DNA of 64,000 nucleotides from Macrostomum hystrix (Eukaryota; Animalia; Platyhelminthes): the NCBI GenBank assembly GCA_950097015.1, contig CATNEN010000002.1, positions 3,286,001 to 3,350,000 of the forward strand. The letters run 5' to 3'. The notes beneath the pieces were generated by a model. The model had not been told where the DNA came from. It worked only from the letters and a program-made list of their open reading frames with translations, and made no database searches. The translations under genes and the position numbers were made by a program. Positions 34,301 through 45,600 of this stretch are shown here, one piece after another. How positions within the stretch are numbered: position 1 is the first letter of the stretch; the number at the start of each line of letters is the position of its first letter.

Positions 34301-36260
34301 GGTCTCGCACCTTCCGCTTCGTGTTTTCGAACTCTCCTCCGATTCCAGCGTTCTTAAAGTAGATCGGAGCGTCAGGCATGAAGAAGTGCGGCATGCACTC
34401 ATCGGGCGAGCTGCTGGAGTCGATGAAGCTCAGCATCATGTCGAGGGACTCCTCCAGCAGAGCCACCAGATTCTTTGGCTGCCACGCTTCGTTTGCGTCG
34501 CCGAGGTGCTTCTCTAGCATGAAGAAGAGCAGAGTCTTGGCATGGTAGGTCTTGAGTCCAGGCGTTGCCAGGAAGAGAGGCAAATGTCTCTTAAAGATGT
34601 ACTTGATCAGTACAAATAGCTGGCCTTGAACTGTACTCAGACTTCGCATGATCTTCTTCTCATGAAAGCTGAAGCTGACCCTGAGCTCGTTTCTCTGATT
34701 CGGCCTTGTTGCTCGGACCAGGTGGACGAATATGAGTGGGCATTCGGGCAGCAGTGTCTTCGTCCTGAGAAGGCAGAGTCCGCTGCAGCACTGAATCGCT
34801 TGGCAGATGTCTAGTGAGGGCCGGGAGCCACTGGCAGGAGTTGACACTGCAGGCTGGCTGCCTGAATTATTAGCCATTGTGGCGAGACTTTCAATGTTTA
34901 GTTTAACTGTCTATTAGCTGTCAATCATGGACCAACTCAAAAGGAAAAATTTACCAACTAATCTGCGAGCTTCCCCCGCATGGAGAGGTAGAGAGTAGTT
35001 TGCTTGTAGGTTGGGTAATTTGTGAACTCTGGCCCACACAGAGCTGACTAAGTGTTTGAATAATGCTATAGATTGTATCTTAATTTTCTCCTTCGTAAGG
35101 AGGCTGTATTTGCTAGTCGTCGCTTCCAAAACGAAAGTTCTAATCGAAATCTGAATATCATTGTGCAGCCTCAATTGGAGGTCTCATCAGACTCACCAGA
35201 TCCGACTGGCACAATGGCGTGGCCTTGTATAACCTTCAGCCTGACGGCATCGTAACAGCTGATCTCGCTCCGTCCGTTGCAGCCGCCATCCAGATGAAAT
35301 CGCTGTCTTGCTTCTAGCACAGTCCAGTCAATGTCGGAGTCTGCCGCGGTCCTGCCGTTCACCTGCTGCAGGTTGTTGGCCCAGCCCTCCGCGAAGCTGC
35401 CCGTGATCTGTCTGTCATCCTGAGCCAGGACTCGATCGACTCCTTCCACACTGTCAGCCAGGTGCTGGAGACAGAGGGCCCGCTCCTCAGTGAATCCTGA
35501 CTCGCTGAGCAGCGGAGACAGATCGATAACTGGCCTTTGTTCCAATTTTGGAGGGGACCTGCACTTAACAAAAAGGCAAGATTTTTTGTGATACAATTCA
35601 GGCATTGCTTTTGCGTTAACTCGACAAAGTTACTTGCGGTTTGATCAGTCATTTGTAGTTAGTTTAAGTAAAAAACTGTCATATATACATTTTTACACTG
35701 TCTCTCTGCGCAAATTACCTCTGTAATCACAGCTAAGCCAGCTATATTTTATGTACATGCGCTCGTACCTGAGAATCATGCAATGCTCTCGACAAGCTGT
35801 GGACTCGCGAATTTCATTTGGCTCATCTCGCTGACCCAACTTGGCTCCTCGGTCTGTGAGAGCCTTGGAGGCTCTGGCGTGACCCGCTGTGCGAGCTCGC
35901 AACAATGCCGTCCGACCTAGGTCGTCCTCAGCATCCACTGACGCACCGACGTCCAGCAGCTGCTCGATGAGCTCATGGTGTCCTTCGTCGGCTGCCAGCA
36001 TGAGCGCTGTGGACCCGCTGCTGTCTCGCAGGTCGATGTTTTCGCAGCTGAGTTTTCCACAGTCGATCAGAGTTGCAGCCAGTGCGACGTGGCCGTGTCT
36101 GATGGAGAGGCGGAGCAGCTGTGCCACCTGAGCTGGCTGCATCTGAGCCAGAGTGCAATCCAGGATTGAGTTGTCCCCAGAGGCGGTTAGGTGCGAGAGC
36201 AAGGCGAGCAGGGGAGAGTCCTTCGTGAGCCAGTCCGGAGGAATGGCTTCGACTTTATCG
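31332..36260 (-). CDS. Ankyrin-repeat plus Mab-21/cGAS-like (cGLR-type) nucleotidyltransferase with a long C-terminal repeat
   Basis: Exons about 36260-35769 (ANK: GSTALMLAADEGHHELIEQLLDVGASVDAED..GRTAL), 35558-35197 (GSFAEG..DSDID) and 34861-31332 (SLDIC, LRVSFSFHEK, LKTYHAKTLLFFMLE, MPHFFMP). GT-AG junctions with matching phases. The 5' end is unresolved. Confidence 0.85.
31421..33205 (-). repeat. 33-bp coding tandem repeat (SSVNHPSKLRA)n, about 54 units
   Basis: Uninterrupted reading frame through the array, with LRA/PEA/PDA and HP/HH/HT variants. Confidence 0.95.
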
Positions 36261-36261
36261 C

Positions 36262-37590
36262 TTAACTAGCATTTGAGTTTTCGTATGGTTCTTTTACCAT
36301 TGCTTTTAGGATTTCTTCAAGTTTTAGCACGTTTATTTCTTTTGCGGCATGCTTTACAGATTCATGCCAGATTTTTCGTTTCAAATCATTGTCGCTGATC
36401 GTCGAAACCAAGAGATTCAAGGCATTTAAACCAAATTCGCTTGATGCCTTTGAATTAAAATTCGTTAGAATGCGATCTTGAATTCTTTGGTCAGACACCA
36501 GATTAAAAAAGTAATTAAGGCATGCACCATTTTGTTCAAATGTCGCTCGGGTAGCATACTTCAGACAAAGTTCATCGCGGATCTTTTGATTTGAAATTTC
36601 CTGCACCATAAATTTTACTTTGTCCCAATTTCGTTCTGTCGCTGCTAATTCTGCAGCCTTTTTGCAGCAAGAATCTTTCTTTGCTGTGTCGGTAATGTTG
36701 CTAAGAAGGTAGGCTATTAATCTGAGTGGAGCAGTGGTGTTAGAAACAAGTTGAGAACAGAATTCATTTCTTTGCTCTACGTCGGTCATAGTTTGCAAAT
36801 ACATTGCTGCATTTTTTATTTTTTTATTTTCTGATACCACTCGTTCTTGGGCTTCGACTCTACGAGTTTCGGTCGAAATTAGAAGAGGTGCGTACTGTTC
36901 TGTACAAACCTTGAGTGCTCGAATATTTTCGTACTGAAAATCACAACGGCCTGCCGGCATCAGTGTTAGATTCGCATCCATGGCTGAGTTACAAACAGTG
37001 ATTTTATTCTCAGAGAAGCAGTTGTCGAGAGCGCTAGCTGAATCATTCTTGTCATAGCCGTCATGCTCGGGCGGCTTTGGTGTGTATATTATATCATCGT
37101 ATTCGTTTTCGCTGTTGACAGGCAGGGCGGAATCCGGAGAATCGGTAATTTCATCGTACTCAGAATCTCCATGCATTTCTGCACAATTATAGCTCGCTTC
37201 TCCGATATCCTCGCGCGTGAAAGGATGCGCTTGCCGAAGGCCTGGGACTAATAGTAAAGGCATGTGATCGCACACTTGATAATTCGATGTATTCGTACTC
37301 GACATTGTCACACCATTCACATTTAACGATAGGTCGCGAATCACAGGTATATTTCTATTGACCATCTCAAATGAAATTTCTGTTTCAGAATTTTTTATTG
37401 TGCTCTTTAAGTACTCTAGAACATTGGATCGACGGTTTGTTGCTGCAGAGTCAGCAGCAAGTCTATAGACCGTTATGCGTATTTTTCTGCTTCGTATGCG
37501 GCTAACTTTGCGCTGAAGTCTACTGACGTCTCCAGCCGCTGCTGCATCTTCGATTCTCTTTAAATCCTTAATAGTTAGTGTATTTCCCAT
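36262..37590 (-). CDS. Uncharacterised ORF of about 440 aa, probably the 5' exon of the ANK-Mab-21 gene
   Basis: Long open frame from MGNTLT with degenerate helical/ANK-like repeats; stops within a few nt of the ANK frame, on the same strand. Confidence 0.6.
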   Translation of the reverse strand: MGNTLTIKDLKRIEDAAAAGDVSRLQRKVSRIRSRKIRITVYRLAADSAATNRRSNVLEYLKSTIKNSETEISFEMVNRNIPVIRDLSLNVNGVTMSSTNTSNYQVCDHMPLLLVPGLRQAHPFTREDIGEASYNCAEMHGDSEYDEITDSPDSALPVNSENEYDDIIYTPKPPEHDGYDKNDSASALDNCFSENKITVCNSAMDANLTLMPAGRCDFQYENIRALKVCTEQYAPLLISTETRRVEAQERVVSENKKIKNAAMYLQTMTDVEQRNEFCSQLVSNTTAPLRLIAYLLSNITDTAKKDSCCKKAAELAATERNWDKVKFMVQEISNQKIRDELCLKYATRATFEQNGACLNYFFNLVSDQRIQDRILTNFNSKASSEFGLNALNLLVSTISDNDLKRKIWHESVKHAAKEINVLKLEEILKAMVKEPYENSNAS

Positions 37591-38039
37591 CGTTATGTTA
37601 GACTTTTTCAACAGCAAGAGGTGTTAAAGCACCTGTGCGCCTAGTGCGTAAGTATTCCTTGCCGTGGAAATACCGGATGAATTTAAATTGTTAAGGATCA
37701 GGATAAAACCCTCGTTTCAGTTAATTAAATTGTTTATTCTTATTGAAATATAGTTGTCGAGGTTTAATAAATTTGAAGGATTTGGCGCAACGGATGTATT
37801 ATAGCTCGTTTTTATAGTAGTTTATAGTAGAAAATTCCGGAATAATGTAATGCTCTAGAGAAACCTATTAGGGCAGCGACGCCACGGGGGCTGGCCAGTT
37901 TCTGAAAGTGTTTTCTTTGGATTCCAGGGGTCGGATTCCAGCCGCGGAGACGTTGTGGCCAAATAACATGATTTCGTTCACCCTGGAAACACATCGTTCG
38001 CTGAATTTTACTTTCAGTCCGGTACTGCCAGGCGTGTCA

Positions 38040-38520
38040 GTACGGCTTTAAGATGCTGAAGGTGTTGCTGCTCGCAATCGTAGACAAAGAGGTGTATCTG
38101 TGTTAATCTTGACTCGGCAGGGCAGGGCCAGTACTTGCTCCGGGGAAGAGCTCTGCGGGGTGAGCGAGGTAGCGCGAATCGGGCAGATGAAAAGATTCGC
38201 GACCGACTCCACCTCGTCATGGCACCGCGGGCAGGTGGCAAGGTGACTCCTGGTCGAGGCGGTGTTTGTAACTGGCAAGGTGAGAGCCGAAGCCTGACCG
38301 GAGTTGAGCAAGCGTCACACGGGCAAAGCGCCGCAGTTGAGTCTCTGACGTCTCTGAGTCTCGAGTTTTTGTGACGTGACCAAGAGTGATAGGGCCGCTG
38401 GAGTTAGGGCCGCTGCTTGCCACGCTGCATGGCCAGGTGCAGGGCCCGGGTTAGGTTCAATGCCAGCGAGAGGCAAAAGCAAGCGGATCAGAGAAGCCGG
38501 CCGTCGCTGATCCGCGAACG
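38040..38520 (-). mobile_element. Internally deleted LINE remnant with a 2A-like motif
   Basis: LLLPLAGIEPNPGP (core 38441-38464) is followed within about 150 nt by RVTLAQLRSG...CPRC..LFICP, a LINE ORF2 C-terminal motif. Confidence 0.6.
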
Positions 38521-38856
38521 AAAAAACATAAAGCCGAGGTTCCCGAGAGAGAAGGTAGTGACCGTGCGGGCCTTGAAGGAGGTTCTGCAGCTCTTGGCCA
38601 CCATGGTGGGTGGAACCGTGACGAAGACGCGGCTGCAGTTTAGTTCCTAAACAAATAGATCGTCGAGGTAGTCGATGACACCTGTCAGTCCACGAAGTAC
38701 GGAGTCGATAAATCTCTGTTAAGTCCGAGTGGCATTCAAGTCCACTTGAAAAGACTGAATGGTGTGATGATATGGCAGTTTTTTGGAATGTCCTCGTCAG
38801 CAAGTCCTCAGGATTTGATGGTATGCACGTACCAGTTTACTGCAGCTTACTGAAGA

Positions 38857-39524
38857 CTAATTTGCTCTGTGGAGCTTGCGGCTAAATATAGATAGTTGGA
38901 TGGATGTGTGGTACTGGGTAGTTATCGGGTTCAGTGGCGCTTTTGAGAGCTCGATAGTCACCACAGGGCCCCACTTATCGTTGAGTTGATCGTCTGACTG
39001 CTTTGGTACCATGTGCAGTGGTGATACCCATGAACTTTTGGATTGACGGATGTAACCCGGCATCGGTAAGTTGCTGAAATTCGTCTTTGGCGATCGTCCA
39101 TTTCTCTGGGCGTAGTTGACGAGCATTCGCGTTACTGATCGCTGATTAGTAGTGTCGATCCGTTGGATTGTGTCATGGTTAACCTTGTCTGATGGAGAGT
39201 GAACGACGTGCTGAGCGAGGTAACTAGCAGGTGGGTTGTGTGGAGTTGTGCTGCTTGGTCTACCAGTTGTCTGGCTTTGCAGTACATCAGTAATCCGTAG
39301 TGTGATCGGAAGTCATAGCCGAGAATCGGACGAATGACGGAGACGATGAGGAAAGTCCAACGGAAGAATCGTCGTAGTCTACGGATGCCGACTGATATTT
39401 CACAAAAAGCACTGGAATCGGGTGAAATATTTTCTGCTACCGCGAATTCTGTCGATATTCTGTTGCGCTTATGTTGTTGGAGAGCGGCCTCGCACGGCCG
39501 CAGCCAACGTAAACAGCCAGCCAA
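38857..39524 (-). mobile_element. Gypsy/Ty3 pol remnant (protease and start of RT)
   Basis: GIRR..FRWTFLIVSVIRPILGYDF.SHYGLL (protease); GYIRQSKSSWVSPLHMVPK (RT start); stops and frameshifts. Confidence 0.75.
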
Positions 39525-40881
39525 CGAGCATCGGCATCGGCATGCGTAATATATTTGCGCATTAAAACAAACATCGAAAAATTAAATGATATTGGCACGA
39601 ATTTGAGCTTAGCAAGATATTTTGTGATATTTCGCGGATTTGATTACAGTATAATATTTTGGGATAATTCGGTATATTACATTCGCTATAAAAATTCTCG
39701 TGTTTGTTTAAATGTTTTGACAAGGTGGCCTGTTACAATTTTTAGTGCTACTGGTAGAAATGACGACATTCGTGATACCCTCAGTCAAACGTGACGACGA
39801 TGTAATTAGGAACCACGCATTCAGTATGTAACTGTAAACTGATAGATCTTCAGACTGACCGGATTTAACATAGCGTGTTGTTCCGCATGCTATCCGTTTG
39901 TGCTTCTGTATGCTCTGACATGATGTGATGTGATGCCTCACCGTACCAGTTTTAGCTGGGTGAAATGACTGACGAAATGGTGGTTAGATTATTGATGCTT
40001 CTTGAAAGACAGTTGTCGAGGTTGGAGAAACTTGGTGCAACAGATGCATTATGTTTATAGTACTCGTAGTTGACAGAGAGCATTCAGGAATACTGTAATT
40101 TCTAGAAAATCATTTTCAATCCAATTGGTGGGACATCTAGTGATTCATTTTCCCGAATATTTGCCATTGCCTACACTTTGAAGACTAGCGATTGAAACCG
40201 AAAAACTGTAGTCATGCTTAAACAGTCGAGCTTGGTCTTCGTGCTGTTATTTTCCCTTAGATTCTATTTCTAGGTCGCATTTGAGGCATTCCTGAGTCTA
40301 AGCCGATTTGTAATTCCCAGTTAAAATTAGATTCACCAGTTCTAAAACAAAGCCTCTAACGATCTCCACCTCACCGGCACCCTTTATCTCCGCCTTGACG
40401 GCTTTTGGACAAGGTGTTTTGTACCTATGCCAGTTGAGCCGCAGACCTCCGTTCAGTATTGTTTCGTAGCCATTGGCTAATGCTGCGTGCAAGCCATCGT
40501 AAGAGCGAACAAACTCAAGCTTTCTTTATTGCCCACTGGCTCGATTTGCCGCTCATTCTCTACGAAATTCAAACCAAGTAAATTTAACCTCCTGCCTATG
40601 CTAGGATATCGGCTAGAAAGACAGGCGCCATCTTCTACCCCAGAGATAATAAGCCAGGTTTTTTAATATGAGTACAATGGCAATTCCTCGCAAATTATCT
40701 GCTAGACTGCATAGACACCCTTATGGCTTTCGGGTCCCGCTCAGAGCTGAATTTGCTAACTTATCCTTGTAGTTAGTATACGCTATGTTAGTTTACCTAT
40801 TAGTATACCTACGCTCGTATATGTGGGATATATAACAGGGATAATGTGGGATAGTATACCAAAATTGTTCCAGTGTCCAGT

Positions 40882-41040
40882 GGAGAAGTTGTAGCCTAGT
40901 GGTTAGCGCGTCGGACTCACGACTTGAAGGTCGGGAGTTCGATTCCCGACTCCACTGGAACAATTTGTGTCCTTTAGCAATGCACTTAACTCTGCATTGC
41001 TTCATTTCACCCAGCTGTTAAATGGGTTCCAGTTAAATGC
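40882..41040 (+). mobile_element. tRNA-derived SINE with conserved-core-like body
   Basis: A box tagcctagtggttagcg, B box gagttcgattcc, then gtgtcctttagcaatgcacttaac and cacccagctgttaaatgggt, reminiscent of V/Meta-type SINE cores (from memory). Confidence 0.75.
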
Positions 41041-42660
41041 TATTTGTCCCACTTGAAAAATATATCTAGGACGTCAGATCCTATAATTTAGCTAGTATTA
41101 AGTTTTTAAGGGCCAAGCCCGGCACAATAGCTTTAAAGCCACACATTTTTTTACCTGACTAAGCGGTGTGGGATTTTGTCAATCGTATTATTGGTCGTTA
41201 TTAGTCGTTTTTAGTCGTCCTATATATTCCAAGTCTAATAATTATTATGAACCCATTGAAATTTCTTGGTTTCAAAGGTTTCGCTATAATTTTTCTGAGG
41301 GAATTTTCTAGCAGCAATTGAAATTTCCAACAGGAACCAGGTTTAACAGTTTGTATAAGAAACTTGTATAAGACGCTGACGGCAAAAGAAGCCGGGATAG
41401 ACGAAGCCGACTTCAATGCCAAATCAGCAAACTTATAAAGGAAGTTTGTTTGCCTCAGCGCATACTGTAGCAAACAGCTTTTCACTGGAGTTGCGACTCC
41501 ATTGCAAAGAGCTGCATGTTAATACTTATCGTTTCGACTCTCAAAAAACAATGAATAAAGTTTCCTGAACGTGCGTACTACTATGGCGAATTGTGACAGC
41601 AAAATCGGGAACCAGCGAGCGTGGGTAATGGCAAAAGTGCACAGGTATTCGCTAAGTTATTTTATGGAATCCTTTATGTACTACTTTCAGCAAATGTTCT
41701 GACCTGCACACATATCCACGGCAATACTCACTTTGCCAGCAAATATGTTTCGTTATCTTCAGCCGACTCTTGATTTTGTAGTTTTGTTTGTCTCGAAAAA
41801 TAGCGCTCGAATGACACTTATTAAGCATATGCAGTACACTCATGAAGTGTAGTAGCAAAGTGTATCCGTAAGGCCTCAAACGCGATTGTACATCCTATTG
41901 TTATAAAAAGCATTTGAACATCACACAAATGTACACCAAAGTAAGTGGAAATTTCCGCGGAGATTCCATGGAAAAACACAGTTTATATTCGTACTATACT
42001 AGGTATACCATCTAGATCCGCGATCGTTAAAAACGGCTCAACCGATCTTCACCAAAAGTGCAGTATTCAATCTTGTGAACTTGTATTAGATATTTTATTA
42101 TTTTTTTGCTCTTTCTAATGTTTAATAATGTCTTTTCATTTCCAAGCATTCTGACTTTAATATGAAAACGATCGCATTGTAAGCCACCTCTAGCATGGGA
42201 TCGCGAAAACTGCTCGAGGATACTAAACATTTAAGGTGTACACTGATTGCATAATACCCACAAACCGATTCATTTTGGAACTGGCTAAATTATCCCCTCT
42301 CCTGAAAGACAAAATTGTCGTGCACTGAGAAATTTTCTCATTAACTCTTTTAGAAGCATGCATTTAATTGCTGCAACACCTTTTTCGTGCAACTTTGAAC
42401 GCAGATATTGCGCTTTAGTTTTTATTTTATTCGGATAATATATTTCATCTATCGAAACAAATATCTAAGGTTTCTAAAATATAAATAGATGTCGAAATGA
42501 ATCTTAGCACTAGAGAAGAAAAAATTATTTGCGAACTGTGAATTGAAGTGTCTATATTTGTTATAAAAAATTACCTAGTAATGGAGTTTCGAATCGAATA
42601 CATTATGTAAAATTATATTTCGTGCCACTTTGGTTTTCGTGTGTACTTTTTATCAGCCAA

Positions 42661-45600
42661 TCAGAGTCGACTCTTAAGCCGAAGTGCAGACAAACGTGCT
42701 CTCTCCGCGTTCCAGGTGCTCGTAAATTCCGCCTTGCCGAGAGAGTTCTCAGCAGAGCACACGTAGGTGCCATACGCGTTGTCGCGGCCGATGTTCTCTG
42801 CAGTTGAGAAGGTTTCAAGCAATGAAAATTTGTTAGTCAAAATTCAGTGTCTCACTACAGCCAATGCCTTCTGACTAGCTTTCCTTAGAATATCTGGCTT
42901 AGATAAATGAATTCTAGTGTCAATATTGAATTTGTGCTTGCTAGGCGATTCTATTTCTTCGCGGAAATTCCATGGACTGCCCATAGTATTTTTAGCACAC
43001 GGGAAAACCACTTTACGTGATGCCTTCAGCCAATGGGAAAACAGGAATCATTTTCTCTATTCCCATGTCCCAATTTGTAAATGCGAATTTGATCATTCGG
43101 TGGAAAATAGTCAAATTATATTTTAGAAAATAATTATACAGTTTTTTACTTTTGATAATTTTAACAGTCTCATAAGCTATATTTTGGCTTCTCTTTAGAG
43201 TTTTTTATCACAAATACTTCGGGTGTGTCATAAGTAATGTCACTGAGGGTAAAACAGACCAACTAACAATCGCAGATGAACGAAACTGTATCAATCAACA
43301 ACATAGTGTCCCCCAATATCAATCACCCTCTGGCAGTACTCGTACAGCTTCTCAACCTTGTCTTGATTTCTTATGCTACAAATTGAGTCCTCGCAGTAAG
43401 AGCCCGTTCATACGGCAGTGAGCCAATTCAGGCCGAGAGTTAAAATATATTTAAGTTTAACAGAGCGATAAGGAAGGGGGGTTGGCGGTACGATAACAAG
43501 AGTGCGCGACTGAGGGTAGGAGAGGAGGCTAGAACGTGAGCGGCGGACCAATCAGAGAGGAGGAAAGAAAGAAAGGATAGAGAATGAGAGATCAGCCGCA
43601 GAGATAACGAGAGAGAAAGAACTAGATTGAACTGGACGATGTAAACAAGAAAAGTGCAGAGAACGAAAGAGTGAATAGAGGACAGAAGGCAGAGACGAAA
43701 GTCGCGACAACCTCAGCCTGCAGGTGTTTTTCCTCCAGCTGTCGGAACCAGTGCAACGCGGCTTCTTTGACCTCATCATGGTTTGCGAAACTTCTCTGGG
43801 AAAAGTCTGCCTTCAGCCATTTAAAGAGAAACCTGTCGCACAAGTTGAAGTCTGGGCTGTAGGGACTCTGCCAGAGCAGATTTACTCGCCGTCCAGCCAG
43901 AAAATCCGAAACAGCCTGACAGGTGTGGGGCCGTGCGTTGTCCATCTGCCACAGAACTTCGTTCAGGTGAATCGGGTTTGACCGGAGCGTGCGCCAGAGG
44001 TTCCCAGTGTGTCGGACAAAGTCGATGAAGTACTGGCCATCGACCTTGGTGTTTGGCGGATTTGTACAGATGGAGACTCGTTTGTTTGGCGTGAATGCCA
44101 CCAGCAGCATGGTCTTCTTGTCTGAGATGGACCTCCTGGTCACAGTCAGCCTGGAGTCCCCAGCTCCCAGCCAGCAGCGATTGTCTGCCTTGCTGCTTTT
44201 GCCATCCAGGTGGAGCCAGGTCTCATCCTCAACAACCAGGCAGTTCAGGATGTCATCCAAGCCCCGGCTGCTGAACACCTTGCGGATCTGATTGGCGCAG
44301 TTCACACGGGCCTGACGTTGGTCCGCAGTGAGGTCATGGGGCACCCAGACCGAGCAGACGTTTCGGAGATGGAGATCCTCTGTCAAGATGCGATGGACTG
44401 TCTTGAAATCAATCTCCAAGCAGTCCGCTAGCTCCCTGACAGACTGCCGCGGGTCTTCCTTGACCAGGTCGCTGATGACTTCGATGTTCTCTATTGTCCT
44501 GGTTGAACATGGTCGTCCAGATCTGGCGGCATCTCCCAATTCGAACCCAGGATGAGTAAAGTTCTGAAACCACCTGTAAATTGTCCTGCGAGTTGGGCAG
44601 TTGTCTGGCAGTGTGTTCCGGAGATCCTCCTCTACTTCAGATTTTCCAAGCTTGAAGCGAATGAAAGCGTAGAACTGGATGTGCGTCTTGTCGTGATTCA
44701 TGTTGAGTTTTGCTCGTTGCAAAAAGAAGATTTCATCGCGTTGCGCTTGCTAAATCTGATTAACAAATTCTTGCGACAGTTTTGGCCATAGACATTAAAA
44801 TTGCTGCTCAGGTGTGGTGGCGACTTCTCAATAAATGTACTTTCAGAATATAATATATTTGGATGATTATTGCTTTGGGTTCCCGCACAACAACCACAGT
44901 GACATTACTTATGACACACCCGTAGTATCTAACCAATAATAATAATTAAAATTATTTTATTAAGGCTATTAAGGCCTTATCCTCTTAATGCTGCGTCGAC
45001 CGTTCGGCGCCACACCACCCTCAATTACCCCACGTAATGCTGGTACCATGTAACAAATGTATGAACTGAAACAATTTAGAGAGCAGTGTATTGCTAAAAA
45101 ACATAAATTGTTCACTATTAGAGTCGGGAATCGAACTTCCGACCTTTAAGTCGAGAGCTTCACGCTCTAATCACAAAGCTTCAACCACACGCGCTGATTG
45201 GTTGAACCAATCAATCTAGATAAAACGAGTAACAAGTTCACAAACCTATCTACCAGCTGTGTTACTTCCTTATCGCTCCTTTCCGATTGAGCAAGCGAGT
45301 TCATGTTCTTTCCTTACCTTTTGGTAGTCTGAAATGGAAGGGGTGTTAGAATAGCCTTTAGGATCTGTTTGTGTACTTCAATTCATTAAACCACAATGCT
45401 TCTAAATCTAAACACTCACTTGTAAACTAGCTGCGACCCGTATGTGTTGGAGCTCGAATTGCTGTAGTAGGCCTCCTCAAACTGCCTGATCCACCTTGGG
45501 GTCTCCAGTTGAACATTGTCCGCGTCGCGCCTGGTAATATCCAGATCCGGGTACGGGTAGCCGGTAACGATGCATTTTAATTCCAAGTCACCGGTGCCCG

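Larger units (their letters stand above)
43220..44922 (-). mobile_element. Mariner (DD34D) DNA transposon in last intron of C
   Basis: Perfect 26-bp TIRs cgggtgtgtcataagtaatgtcactg; TA on the right flank (left flank tt); absent from B. Confidence 0.95.

Noticed and set aside
40298-40530. Short minus-strand ORF (GYETILNGGLRLNWHRYKTPCP..) as an extra exon
   Set aside because: No recognisable domain, and I found no phase-consistent link to either neighbouring gene.
41940-42070. Helitron-like motif (aacggctcaaccgatcttcaccaaa)
   Set aside because: The resemblance is from memory only; I could not define termini.
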